Assembly: GCF_006345805.1 (NCBI RefSeq)
Contig: NC_043010.1
Span: forward strand, 67,208,001 to 67,272,000
Origin: Octopus sinensis
Lineage: Eukaryota
Reading direction: 5' to 3'
Length of the DNA: 64,000 nucleotides
The notes beneath the pieces are model-generated. The model was not told the origin of the DNA and ran no database searches. It saw only the letters and a program-made list of their open reading frames with translations. Positions 21,700 through 34,489 of the stretch are shown piece by piece (within the stretch, counting starts at the first letter, position 1; each line of letters begins with the position of its first letter). The translations under genes and the position numbers were made by a program.

Positions 21700-22075
21700 G
21701 TCGTTTTATCTTTTATTTGTTTCAGTCATTGAATAGCGGCCATGCAGGGGCACTGCCCTCAAGGGCTTAGTTTAATAAAATGATACCACTACTTATTTGT
21801 TAAACCTGGTACTTATTCTATTGATCTTCTTTGTCAGACTGCTAAGTAAAAAGAATTGAAAAAAAACATTGCCGGTTCTGAAGCAGTGGTGGCTGACAAA
21901 CACATACACATATATAATGGGATTCTTTCAGTTTCCATCAATTAAATCCAGTCACAAGGCTTGGATCAGCCCAGGGGTATAGGAGAAGACACTTGCTCAA
22001 AGGGCTGCACAGTGGGACTGAACTCACAAGCAAGTGATTGGGAAGAAAACATCATACCAGATAGCCACACCTAAC
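21700..22075 (-). mobile_element. SINE B, decayed
   Basis: tttcagtcatt..ggtacttattcta..cacaaggctttgg..cagtgggactgaac. Confidence 0.7.
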
Positions 22076-22789
22076 CATGTTCAATTAATAAATTAATTAT
22101 GTCTCTCTCTGTCTCTCTCCATCCATCCAGCCAGCCAGCTATCTATCTACATTTGTGTGTGTGTGGTGTGTGTGTGCGTGCGTGCACACGCATGTGTTTG
22201 CCACCAACATCAAAGAGTACTATCGCCAAAACAGGCTGGAAGTCCAGTGGACTGTTCCAGATCCTCATTGGCCCAACAGAGTTGTAACCGATCATCCCAT
22301 TGTATGTGTGAGAATGGAAGAGCCAAACAGTGTACATGTATTGTTGCAGTGAAAGATAAGAGGAGAAAGAACGAGAGGAAGAATATGTTGCTATTTCGTT
22401 TTTGCACTTGGTTTACGAAACTCTTGATGTGAAACTCGTGTGTTGACACTTATTCTGTTCAAGCTTGGAGGGTCATTATCTCAATAATAAAACACATGCA
22501 CCGATTCTGTTTCACTTCTTTATTTGTCAATTAACTAAATAAATTAATCAATTGGTTGTGTTAATTCTAGAGGGAGAGAACATCCCTTGAAGAAAAATCA
22601 ATTGTTTTTTTTCACAAAGAAGTCAAGTGGACATTGAGCCTGATACTGAAATAGACACGAGACAGAAAGATAATGTTGAGAGCAACTCTAAGTATTGAAA
22701 TGCCAAGTAACAGGTTCAATAGTCCCAAGGGTACTGTGTCATTTATTAAGCAATTTTCTTTCATTTCTTTATTGTTTAACCCTTTCATA

Positions 22790-23228
22790 AAAAGCACCAT
22801 CCGAACGTGGCCGATGCCAGCACTGCCCCGACTGGCTTCTGTGCCGGTGGCACATAAAAAGCACCATCCGAACGTGGCCGATGCCAGCGCTGCCCCGACT
22901 GGCTTCTGTGCCGGTGGCACATAAAAAGCACCATCCGAACGTTGCCAGCGCCGCCTTGGCTGGCTTCCGTGCTGCTGGCACGTTAAAAGCTCCAACCGAT
23001 CGTGGACGATGCCGGACCCCCCCCCCCACCGGCACCTGTGCAGGGGGAACGTAAAAAGCACACACTACACTCGCGGAGTGGTTGGTGTTAGGAAGGGCAT
23101 CCAGCCATAGAAACTCTGCCAGATCAGACTGGAGCCTGGAGCAGCCCCTGGCTTCCCAGACCCCGGTCGAACCGTCCAACCCGTGCTAGCGCGGAAAACG
23201 GACGTTTAAACGATGATGATGATGATGT
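22790..23228 (+). mobile_element. Retroposon family C with about 4 tandem 62-67-bp 5' units
   Basis: aaaagcaccatccgaacgtggccgatgccagc...gtgccggtggcacata repeated; (GAT)n tail. Confidence 0.85.
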
Positions 23229-23444
23229 TACTGTATTTATTTTGAGATGCTCTGTGTTTCTTTCAATTACTTTAAATATAACAAAGAACTTAGTAAAATA
23301 ACTTAGTTATCATTAAGCTGGTGTTAGGAACATAAATTGTAACTAAAATTTGGTGGAAGATTTTAATTCAGAACTTTTGAAAACAAGACATTTGTACGAC
23401 AGAGCCAGAGGTGGTTTCAGCGGAGTTAGTAACAAAAGGGTTAA
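23228..23444. mobile_element. MITE-A, opposite orientation
   Basis: Reverse complement of 3258-3485; ends gtaacaaaaggg|ttaa. Confidence 0.8.
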
Positions 23445-23811
23445 TAAAGAAGTTTGCACTATAGATACCAGGCAGTCTCAAGTAGGTTACTATGAAAACT
23501 GTTAAGAGGTTAAGGAATATCATGTCACACATCTCAGGCATATTTCAGAGGGCCAGTGGTATTATATCATGTATCAAGCAATAGGTTTAGGCTGTCTGGA
23601 AATGTTATGTCATATATCAAACAAATGTCCTGTTAATAGTTTGGCATTTAAACTGGCCATATCTGTCCAAAATATTCTACCTGTTATATCATCAAACTGG
23701 CCAGATCTGGCCTCACACTTATTCTAATAATGAACAATCACATCATCAAAATCTCGAAGCCATGAGGTAATGCATAACAAATTCAAATTAATGTGAATAA
23801 ATAAGCATTAC

Positions 23812-24045
23812 CTATTTCTTTACTACCCACAAGGGGCTAAACATGGAGAGGACAAACAAGGACAGACAGAGGGATTAAGTCGATTATATCGACCCCAGTG
23901 CGTAACTGGTACTTATTTAATCGACCCCGGAAGGATGAAAGGCAAAGTCGACCTCGGTGGAATTTGAACTCAGAACGTAGCGACAGACGAAATGCTGCTA
24001 AGTACTTAGCCCGGCGTGCTAACAGTTCTGCCAGCTCGCCGCCTT
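23812..24045 (-). mobile_element. Young SINE A inserted in MITE-B
   Basis: aataaataagcattac is duplicated on both sides. Confidence 0.85.
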
Positions 24046-25136
24046 CCGAATAAATAAATAAGCATTACCTTTAACTATTTCGTTAAGCATTACCTTTAAC
24101 ATAGTAATCTGAATGTTACAGTATTTAATATCAAACCTCAAACCTTCTAGTCTACAGTCTGTCTCTCACATACACAAAACGTTGCAAAGTTGGGCATTTT
24201 GTTCATGACTTGGGAGGGAGGGATTTTGAATTGTGCAAAGACACTACACAACAACCCCTTTTAATAAATAAATAAATAAATAAATAAATGGATTGTTTTT
24301 TCCAAATGGAGTTGGAACAGGCATTATAGGTTGAGGGAAAAAAATATGATGTATGTTATTAGATGAATAGCCTATCAGATGAGTAAGTTAAAGGGTGATG
24401 TAAAAGGTAGGCTTATGGCCTGTCAATTGAGAAGTCCCCTTCTGTTTTTTGTTTCTTTTTTTTTTTTTGAGGCAGGTCCATTAACCATTCCCAGGGCTGT
24501 GTGACATTTTTGCTGAGTAGGTTAGAACAGTATGAAATGAAGTAAGTTGCTCAAGAACACAATGCATCACCTGGAATTGAAACCACAATCTTACAACCAT
24601 TAAGTCATATGGCTCCTCAAAAGAAAGGGTTTCCTGCCGCAAACCCACACCAGTTTCCAAGCAAGGGAATGTCCCCAGACATGCTTTCCATGTAAGACTG
24701 TAAACAAATATTGCTTGTATGACAATATGACAATGATGTCAAAACAGGGGTAAACACAAACATGCATATATATATATAATATATATATTATATATATTAT
24801 ATATATATATATATATATAAATCGTCGTTATCATCATCATCATCGTTAATGTCTGTCTTCCGTGCGTACATGAGTAGGATGGGTGACAGGAGCTGGCCAG
24901 GTAGAAAACTACCCTCAGCTACTCTGTGTGTTTGTGTGTGTGTCTGTGATGGGATTATACACACACAAACATGCAATGGGCTTCAAGTTTCCATCAATCA
25001 AATCCATTCTCAAGGCTTCGGTTGGCCTGGGGCTAAAGTAGAAGGTGCAACACAATGAGACTGAATCCAAGACCACATAGTTGGGAAGCAAGCACCTTAA
25101 CCACACAGCCACAGCTGTGCCAAAAAAAAAAGATAT

Positions 25137-25178
<42 letters not shown>

Positions 25179-25559
25179 CACACACACATACATACATACA
25201 TACATACATACATAAATTATACATATCAAGGTTTTGTGAATGTGTTTTTGTCTGTTTTTTTTCTCTCTCCCTCCCATATCAGAATCTCTGAAAAAATTTT
25301 TGGACATACCACCTGTTTCACTGAACCATAAGATAAAATAAATAAATTAACACAAAATCGAATTTATTGTTTACGTAGACAAATTCCGTGGTCACAGATG
25401 AATCTCGTGTCCTGGAATCAGTGTCAAGCCAATAAATCCATTTTCAGTTCAAACACTTCTTTTATTGACATGGTGTCAATAAAAGAAGTGTTAAATATTT
25501 GCTAATGACGTTGCGGGTGACAGCTGCGTTGGAACAGAAGAATAGAGCGAAGCCTTATA

Positions 25560-26330
25560 CGACACCTATACACTGCAACACAGGACTATTAACATACCCC
25601 ACACCACCCTACAGTCATGTACTATAGAGTATACTGTTATACCATACACCAGGCTGTCATACAGTACTATAACACATTCCACACGGTCATACAGTGCCAT
25701 GCTACCATACAGTACTGTACCATAAACTGCACTACCATACAGTTCTGTAGCATATACCACACTGTACTATACTATGCACCGTACCTATTTCTTTATTACC
25801 CACAAGGGGACAAACAAGAACGAACATAGGTATTAAGGCGATTACATCGACCCCCAGTGCGTAACTGGTACTTAATTTATCGACCCCGAAAGGATGAAAG
25901 GCAAAATCGACCTTGGCGGAATTTGAACTCAGAACGTGACGACAGACGAAATACTGCTAAGCATTTCGCCCGGCGTGCTAACAGTTCTGCCAGCTCGCCA
26001 CCTGTATACTATGCACCGTACAACCATACAATACTATAGCATATACTATGCTACACTACAATACAAGAGCATATACTGCTGTATTATACAATACTATAGC
26101 ATCTACTATACTACAATACAATTCTACAATATTACAGCATGTACTACTCTGTCATACAGTACTATAGCATACACTACTCTACCATACAATACCAAACAGC
26201 ATACTATACTATGCACCACACTATTATATGGTACTATAACATACTCTACACCGTTGTAAAATACTATACCTTGCACCACAATACTATATGGTACCGTACC
26301 ATGCAGTAAATTATTGTAGTAAACTTCCTC
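25560..26330. repeat. Degenerate 5-mer (tacta/tacca) satellite with local 30-bp period, split by SINE A at 25785-26004
   Basis: 17-bp TSD tatactatgcaccgtac at 25768-25784 and 26005-26021. tacaatactatagcat units recur at a 30-bp period around 26030-26120. Confidence 0.8.
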
Positions 26331-26489
26331 AGAAGTGCTTTCCACTGAAGCTACCAATTCCATTCTCCTCCTCATCACCAGCCCTTCATCACCTACCCAT
26401 CACAAACTAACCAATCACAGTCCAACCAAGAAAACTGACCACACTGGCCAAATTTAGGATGAGGGGCCCATAAGTATGTTTTACAAATA

Positions 26490-26880
26490 TACCATGCCGG
26501 CAGCACATAAAAAGCACCAACCGATCGTGGCCGTTGCCAGCCTCCCCTGGCACCTGAGCCGGTGGCACGTAAAAAGCACCAACCGATCGTGGCCGTTGCC
26601 AGCCTCCCCTGGCACCTGAGCCGGTGGCACGTAAAAAGCACCAACCGATCGTGGCCGTTGCCAGCCTCCCCTGGCACCTGTGCCGGGGCATGTAAAAAGC
26701 ACCCACTACACTCACAGAGTGGTTGGTGTTAGTAAGGGCATCCAGCTGTAGAAACACTGCCAGATCAGACTGGTGCCTGGTGCAGCCTTCTGGTTCGCCA
26801 GTCCTCAGTCAAATCGTCCAACCCATGCCAGCATGAAAAGCGGACATTAAACGATGATGATGATGATGATGATGATGATG
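26490..26880 (+). mobile_element. Retroposon family C with three near-identical 62-bp 5' units
   Basis: ccgatcgtggccgttgccagcctcccctggcacctgagccggtggcacgtaaaaagcaccaa x3. Confidence 0.85.
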
Positions 26881-27148
26881 AATCTGGCAAAATCGTTAGC
26901 TCGTTGGACAAAATGCTTAACGACATATTTTCCGAGCTTAATTTTGCCTTTCATCTCCTTCTGGGGGTCGATAAAATACAGTACTAGTCACATACTGGAA
27001 GCAATGTTATCGACTTGCCCCACTTCCTCTTGTAAAGATTGCTGCCCTTGTAGCAAAATTTTAAACCATCATTAATGGTGGTGCCACAGCTTGGCCACAA
27101 CCACTGGCTAGAACACATAAAGGAATGCCATACGCACACTCACATATA

Positions 27149-27594
27149 CAAGGGGATGCTGAAAATTTCCTGGCTTTAAGAGTATTGCTAAAAGGCCTGG
27201 TTGGAGGCTAACTTTCTAAGTTCTTTTACAGGGATTAGAAAAACTGGAGGACACCAAATTACTGGAAGGAGAATATGTTGAATAAAATCATAATTAACTG
27301 CAAGCTGGCAGAAACGTTAGCACACCAGGTGAAATGCAGAGCGGTATTTCATCTGCTGCAACGTTCTGAGTTCAAATTCCGCCAAGGTCGACTTTGCCTT
27401 TCATCCTTTTGGGGTCGATAAATTAAGTACCAGTTATGCACTGGGGTCGATATAATCGACTTAATCCGTTTGTCTGTCCTTGTTTGTTCCCTCTATGTTC
27501 AGCCCTTTGTGGGCAATAAAGAAATCAAATCATAATTAACTGATCCTCCTTTATTTTCTCTTACCTAAAACCAGGGATTTTTGGTAACCCCTTG
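27149..27594. mobile_element. Mariner-derived MITE containing a SINE A insertion (27301-27526, +)
   Basis: TA|caaggggatgctgaaaatttcctggc ... ccagggatttttggtaaccccttg|TA. SINE TSD aaatcataattaactg at 27285-27300 and 27527-27542. Confidence 0.8.
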
Positions 27595-27845
27595 TATACA
27601 AAAGTACAGGTAACAGACTAAATCTGGCACCCTGTTTCACACCACCTCCTGACTCGTGAGTGTCCCCTTCGGCAAAGTCTGCTCCGTTTGAAGTATTTGT
27701 ACCAGGTCAGTGACCCGAGGAAAACTTCCTCCCTCTCTTCTACCACTCTCAGAGCTTGTAAAGGGATTTTGCTTGTTGCCCTTTCTCCTCTAAGCCATAG
27801 AAAATATTAAAAGTACAAACTTACATAAGCATATATACATATACA

Positions 27846-27878
<33 letters not shown>

Positions 27879-27948
27879 CACCAGGTGGTGCTATTAAGTT
27901 AGACATGGCCTGGGCCAATAATGGCCGAAACCTATCAAAGTATCAAAG

Positions 27949-28010
<62 letters not shown>

Positions 28011-28899
28011 TGTGTGTGTGTGTGAATGGTGACATCTGTTACAAGTACACACACATGTATGCATGGATATATACATATGTATACATACATATATGCATAT
28101 ATACGCATGCATATATTCATATGTATGCATACATACATACACACACACATATATATACATACCTATGCATTCGTATATATGTACTAGTTCCAGCATGGAA
28201 GGCGGATGTTAAATGATGATGATACGATAATGCATACACACACAAAGATACATAAATACACACACACATATATATATAGGTTTGGTAGAACAAGCAGGAT
28301 AAATAGAACTCCATACATGAGTATATATATATATATATATTATATTTAATCGGCAGAACTGACCAGATAACTTGGCTCAGGGGCTTCCATATAAATCATT
28401 TGCCCAAGGTACAGTGAAGTCTGAATAGTCCAAGAATTACATAATCACATTGACATCATATCATCATTGCCACTCTCTATCTTCCCTATACTTAAACCCT
28501 CCCCCAAAGCTTCATGTGGTTGCCTGAGCTGCTAGAAGTAGCAGCCAAATCTTCCTCAGGGATACATCGGATAATGTATAGATAGTAACCAAGTATAGAT
28601 TCTCTTTTTTTCTTTTTTCAGCTATTGGACTATGGCCATGCTGTAGCACCACCTCGAAGGGTTTAGTTGAACATGTGGAACCCAGCACAGCCTGGTATTT
28701 ATTCTATCATTCTCTTTTTGTGAAACTGCTGAGTTACAAGGACATAAACAAACCAGTGCTGGTTGTCAAGAGCTGGGGGAGGGGGCAAACACCCAGACAC
28801 ACACACAAACATATATACGCAGTAGGCTTTCAGTTTCCTCTACCAAATTTATTCACAAAGCTTTGGTTGGCCTATGGCTATGGTTGTATCAGGACGAAC

Positions 28900-29060
28900 A
28901 CCTCACTAGGACAATAACCCCCCCCCATAGGACAATTCCCCGCCGACAATAACAATTCCCTAGGACAATTACACCCCTTGGTTAATTACCTCCTCTCCAA
29001 TATATTAAGAAGTTTTAAGTCATCATCTGTTGTCCTCAGGTGTAATTGTCCATGCGGTGG
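28900..29060. mobile_element. Small foldback/MITE with subterminal ggacaatt repeats
   Basis: Four (a)ggacaa(t) units on the left and inverted ttgtcc/tgtcct units on the right. Confidence 0.45.
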
Positions 29061-29218
29061 GGGTAAATGTCCTAGACTCGCTATGGATGAAGACACCAGC
29101 CCAAGCTTCCACACAGTGGGATTGAACCCAGCAACATGTGGTTGAGAAGTAAACTTCTTGTCACACATCCATCCATACCTGTTTGTAAAAAAAAAAAAAC
29201 CCTTTGATCATGATCAGC

Positions 29219-29698
29219 TTAACCCTTTCATTACTAACCCGGGTGAAACCGCCCCTGGCTCTGTAGTACAAACATCTTGTTTTCAAAGTTTTGAATTAAA
29301 ATCTTCCACCAAACCTTAGTCACAATTTATGCTCCTAACACTAGCTGAATGACAACTAAGTTATTTTACTAAATTTTTTGTTATATTTAAAATTAATTGA
29401 AAGAAACACAGAGCATCTCAAAATAAATACAGTAACGAAAGAGTTAAAATATATAATAGAGAAATAATTCTTAACCCTTTTGATCCCAACCTGGCTGAAA
29501 CTGGTCTGGCTCTGAGTACAAATGTCTTGTTTTCATAAGTTTTGAATTAAAATCTTCGACCAAATCTTAGTCACAATTTATGTTCCTAACACTAACTGAA
29601 TGATAACTAAGTTATTTTACTAAATTCTTTGTTATATTTAAAATTAATTAAAAGAAACACAAAGTATCTCAAAATAAATACGGTAATGAAAGGGTTAA
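29219..29698. mobile_element. Tandem dimer of MITE-A
   Basis: Two TTAA-bounded units separated by the 23-bp spacer aatatataatagagaaataattc (29448-29470). Confidence 0.85.
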
Positions 29699-30129
29699 AC
29701 AAGCATGCATACTAGAGGTTAGAACATGATCATTTGGCCCAGAAACCCAAAACTAAGACATCAGTACAACAATTCAGCTCATATTAGTTAAACCATGACC
29801 AGCCCAAAGGTTCTACACACATGCACACAACCACCACAATTACCAAAAGCCTTAACCATTTGAGCCTGTAACACCAGTTTACTGGTGGATGGTTTATTTT
29901 TTCCTATACCGTAGTACCACTCTACCGGTGGAGTGTATCTGGAAGCTAGATGTATGGTCAAATGAGGTTCAGGAGGTCAGGGCTTAAAGGGTTAATCCTT
30001 TAGCATTCAAACCGGTCATATCCAGTCAAAATATTCTACCTGTTTTATGTTCAAGCCAGCCAGATGCAGCCTCTCACACCCAGCCTACAATGTCCTTCTA
30101 AAAATAAGCAATCTCATTGTGAAAATTTA

Positions 30130-30430
30130 CTGACCCTGAAAGGATGAAAGGCAAAGCTGACCTCTGCGGAATTTGAACTCAGAACTTAGAGACAGGCAGA
30201 TGAAATACCTATTTCTTTACTACCCACAAGGGGCTAAACACAGAGAGGACAAACAAGGACAGACAAACGAATTAAGCTGATTATATCAAGCCCAGTGCGT
30301 AACTGGTACTTATTTAATCGACCCCGAAAGGATGAAAGGCAAAGTCGACCTCAGCGGAATTTGAACTCAGAACGTAGCGGCAGACGAAATACCACTAAGC
30401 ATTTTGCCCAGCATGCTAATGATTCTGTCA
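30130..30430 (-). mobile_element. SINE A copy joined to a head-truncated SINE A
   Basis: Junction cagatgaaatac|ctatttctttactacccacaag at about 30205. Confidence 0.8.
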
Positions 30431-30434
30431 GTTT

Positions 30435-30700
30435 GATGTAATCTTCACATGGAGAATACCAAACATTATTTACATTATTTACAATTGACAGATATTTGTC
30501 CTCATTTTGTTTGTTGTTAACACGACTTTTCGGCTGATATACCCTCCAGCCTTCAACAGGTGTCTTGGGGAAATTTCAAACCTGGGTTCTCATTCCTAAG
30601 GTATTTTTTTGATATCATTATTATTATTATTATTCAGGTCACTGCCTGGAATTGACCTCAGAATCTTGGGGTTAGTAGCCCATGTTCTTAACCACTACTC
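30435..30700 (-). mobile_element. Retroposon family E (tRNA-like head, hammerhead-like tail), degenerate
   Basis: Reverse complement gacac ctgttga a ggctg gagggtatat cagcc gaaa agtc gtgtt. Confidence 0.75.
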
Positions 30701-31602
30701 CTAAGGTAACCTAAAGCAAAACTTACTCAGCCACTTGTTGATCCCTCTAAATCCTTATTTCACCAATATCAAGTATACTTCTATGTAATCAAATTGACCT
30801 GCTGGAAATAGCAGCCAAAGCTTCTTCTCCAAGCACTTTGCTTATCGTTTTAAGGAATGTTACATACTGAGTCCTGTGTATACCTAAAAATACAAGGTGA
30901 GATGTTTCTGGAATGTTTTTGATCATAGAACTGCTCAATCAGAGTTGACCTGGGGTTAAAATTTTAAAGACAGCTCTTCGGATATGAGTTTATAAAGGAG
31001 GGAACCCCTATGTAGTTGAAAACCTTTTGTCTGCCTCTCGTGTGGTCAGGATTGTGTGTGTGTGTATGTGTGTATACATGTGTGTGTGATTGTGTGTATA
31101 CATGTGTGTGTGAATGTGTGTATGCATGTGTGTGTGTATCATGTATATGCATATGTGTGCATGCATGTGTGTGTATGTATGTGTGTGTATGTATGGGTGT
31201 GTGTGTATGGGTGTGCGTGTCTATGTATACTCTTGTTTTGATGTCATGTGATGTCAATGAGCATCATCATCATCATCATACAGGCAAGGTTACTTGTTTC
31301 CAATCTGCCATGAAAAATATGTCTGGTAATAGGGGTGGAGGGATATTACATTTCTGGGAAACAGGTAAAGGTTGGTGACAGGAAAAGCATCTGACCACAG
31401 AGAATCTGCCTCAACTGATTCTGTCTGATCCATGCAAGCAAGGAAAAGTTCATGTCACATGATGACAATATGTTTACATATGGTATGCTGACGTCACCGT
31501 AACTTAGTGGTTCAGCAAAAGAGACCAACAGATTAAGAGCAGGGTCGATTCATTTGACTAAAATGCCTCAAGGTGGTGCTCCACCATGGCCACAGTCTAA
31601 TG

Positions 31603-32199
31603 CAATGTTTCTCAACCATTTTTTCCAGTGCCCCACTTTAAAATAACAAATAACCTGGTGCCTATCAATATAGAAACATGATTTTTAATTCAATTACCTG
31701 GCTGATGGATACCTCAACTCATTTAGGGAGAACCCTGTACCTCATGCATACAGCACAGATCCTTGAGTTGAGGGAGGAGACAATCTCGTTAACTTCAGTC
31801 ATGAATTGCTACGTTTTGTAATTTCAAGTCGGTTTCTCTTGGCTTCCAGGAAATTGTCAACCTCACTGAATCCACATTTGACCAAATAAGATGAAGGAAA
31901 ATGGATCAATAATTCTCTTGGACAATAGATATTGATATAGAGGAACAAACGTCTAACAAATGCCGATACCTCACTTGGTACGCTGATTGGTTGTAGCTCC
32001 GTCGATTCCCATGATTTAAGTATAGATATTGCATGGTGATGTTTCTTTTCCATTTCAGTGTCCAAAGATGGGCTTAGGGTCAACAAGTGTGTGCTTAAGT
32101 CACTTACAAAAATTTTACACAGCCCACATTAACACGCGCCCCACCCCAATTTTCCCACGCCCCACCGGTGGGGCATATGCTCCACATTGGGAAACACTG
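31603..32199 (-). mobile_element. hAT (Buster/Charlie-type) internally deleted DNA transposon
   Basis: TIRs caatgtttctcaac and ttgggaaacactg. Perfect 8-bp TSD GTCTAATG (31595-31602, 32200-32207) with central TA. Remnant LLIHFPSSYLVKCGFSEVDNFLEAKRNRLEIT matches the hAT C-terminal dimerisation region. Confidence 0.9.
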
Positions 32200-32214
32200 G
32201 TCTAATGATTGAAG

Positions 32215-32465
32215 CCATTTGACAAAAACCATTTGATTAAAACTCCTCAAGGAGATGCCCCAGCATGGCCACAGTTTAATGACTGAAACCATTTTGATTA
32301 AAATTCCTCCAAGTGGTGCCCCAGCATGGCCACAGTTTAATGACTGAAACCATTTGACTAAAATTCCTCAATGTGGTGCCCCAGCATGGCCACAGTTTAA
32401 TGAGTGAAACCATTTAACTAAAATTCCTCAACGTGGTGCCCCTGCATGGCCACAGTCTGACTGAA
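32215..32465 (+). repeat. About 60-bp tandem repeat x4 derived from the SINE B tail
   Basis: accatttgactaaaattcctcaa..gtggtgccccagcatggccacagtttaatgactgaa repeated. Confidence 0.85.
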
Positions 32466-32694
32466 ACAAGTAAAAGTCATAAATGATGAAGAGGAGAGGA
32501 GGGAGGTTGAAGAGAGAAGAAACTGAGTGCAGTGTTTGATTGATACTTTATCAAAACCCCAAAGAGATGAAAGGCAAAGTTGACCTTGGCAGGGTTTGAA
32601 CTCAAAAGAAGAAACTGGGACAAATACTGCAAAGTGTCCTATTTTCTGATGCTTGAGGGATTCAGCCAGTTTCCTGTCTTTTTAAATAAATATG

Positions 32695-33028
32695 TTACAG
32701 TGGTTGTGTGATAAGAAGTTTGCTTCCCAACCACATGGTTCCGGGTTCAGTCCCACTGCATGGCACCTTGAGTAAGTGTCTTCTACTATAGCCTCAGGAA
32801 GATTAAAGCCTTGTGAGTGGATTTGGTAGACAGAGATTGAAGGAAATCCATTGTGTGTGTGTGTGTGGTGCTTGAATGGCTACGTGATAAGTAGCTTACT
32901 TCCCAACTACATGGTTCCAGGTTCAGTCCCACTGCGTGGCACCTTGGGCAAGTGTCTTCTACTATAGCCTCGGGCCGACCAAAACCTTGTGAGTGGATTT
33001 CGTAGACAGAAACTGAAAGAAGCCCATC

Positions 33029-33060
<32 letters not shown>

Positions 33061-33270
33061 ACATGTTTGTGTGTCTGTGTTTGTTCTCCCAGCATCGCTT
33101 GACAACCGATGCTGGTGTGTTTACGTCCCAGTAACTTAGCGGTTCGGCAAAAGAGACCAACAGAATAAATACTAGGCTTACAAAGAATAAGTCCTGGGGT
33201 CAATTTGCTCGACTAAAGGCGGTGCTCCAGCCTGGTCACAGTCAAATGACTGAAACAAGTAAAAGAGTAT
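32695..33270 (+). mobile_element. SINE B (head-only copy followed by a full copy)
   Basis: ccacatggttcc(g/a)ggttcagtcccactgc appears at about 32730 and 32910. Confidence 0.8.
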
Positions 33271-33914
33271 ACATGTGGAGAGAGACACAGAGAGAGGGGA
33301 GGAGGAGGAGAGAATGAGAGTGACATCAAAACGTTTCACGTCAAATGGGTCAATGCCAATTCAGCAAGACCAAATTGTCCCATTCTTGTGTAGCAGAGTT
33401 CTACGTCCCAGTTATGAAAGTGGGACATTAATCATCATCATCATCATCAACAACAACATCACTTAATATCCGTTTTCCATGCTGATATGGGTTGGACAGG
33501 TCATCATCATCATCATCATCATTGTTCGACCGTGGTCGAGACAATGGAATTTACTATGCTACACCAGACTTCACGGTCCATTATAGCATTAGATGGACAG
33601 GTCAACAGGAGGAGCTGGCAAGTCAGAAAACCGCACCAAGTTCTAGTGTCAGCTTTGGCATGGTTTCTGCAGCTGGACGCCCTTCCTAAGCCAATCACTC
33701 TACAGAGCTTACTGGGGGCTTTGCATGTAGTACCAGCACAGGTGCTTTTTACATGGTACTGGTACAGGTGCTCTTTATGTGACACCAGCACTGGTGCTTT
33801 TTCAATGAAAACTACAAATATATCACATGGAGTACAAGGGAGGGTCAGCAACAGTTTATAAGCGCAAGTATTTTCAGGCCCCGAGGAAGAAACCGTGAAT
33901 TTGAGATTGAGAAC

Positions 33915-34305
33915 CTCTTTTACTCTTTTACTTGTTTCAGTCATTTGACTGTGGCCATGCTGGAGCACCGCCTTTAGTCGAGCAAATCGACCACAGGACT
34001 TATTCTTTGTAAGCCTAGTACTTATTCTATCGGTCTCTTTTGCCAAACCGCTAAGTTACGGGGACGTAAACACACCAGCATCAGTTGTCAAGCTATGTTG
34101 GGGGGACAAACACAGACACACAAACATATACACACATATACATATATATATACGACGGGCTTCTTTCAGTTTCCATCTGTCAAATCCACTCACAAGGCTT
34201 TGGTCGGCCCGAGGCTATAGTACTTGCCCAAGGTGCCACGCAGTGGGACTGAACCTCAAACCATGTGGTTGGTAAGCAAGCTACTTACCACACAGCCACT
34301 CCTAT
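33915..34305 (-). mobile_element. SINE B, full length
   Basis: Same body as 3740-4143. Confidence 0.85.
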
Positions 34306-34489
34306 GCCTATTAGTTGGCAGTCCTTCATTATTGGTACACGTCATTCACCTGCTCAATCTTCCTTCATAATACAGATAAAGAGGTGAGGCTGAATGGCAT
34401 CGTCTCCTCACACCGACATTCAGCAGACCAAAATCGAAGGAGAGCCCATTATTTAATACAACCTTCCATTTTCAAGACAATGGGGGTTA

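Noticed and set aside
22200-22352. Protein-like frame ATNIKEYYRQNRLEVQWTVPDPHWPNRV
   Set aside because: No family is recognised and there are no convincing splice sites. It could be a TE remnant; a BLASTX search would settle it.
27600-27800. RT motif GVKQG on the minus strand
   Set aside because: It is a single short motif without supporting neighbouring motifs.
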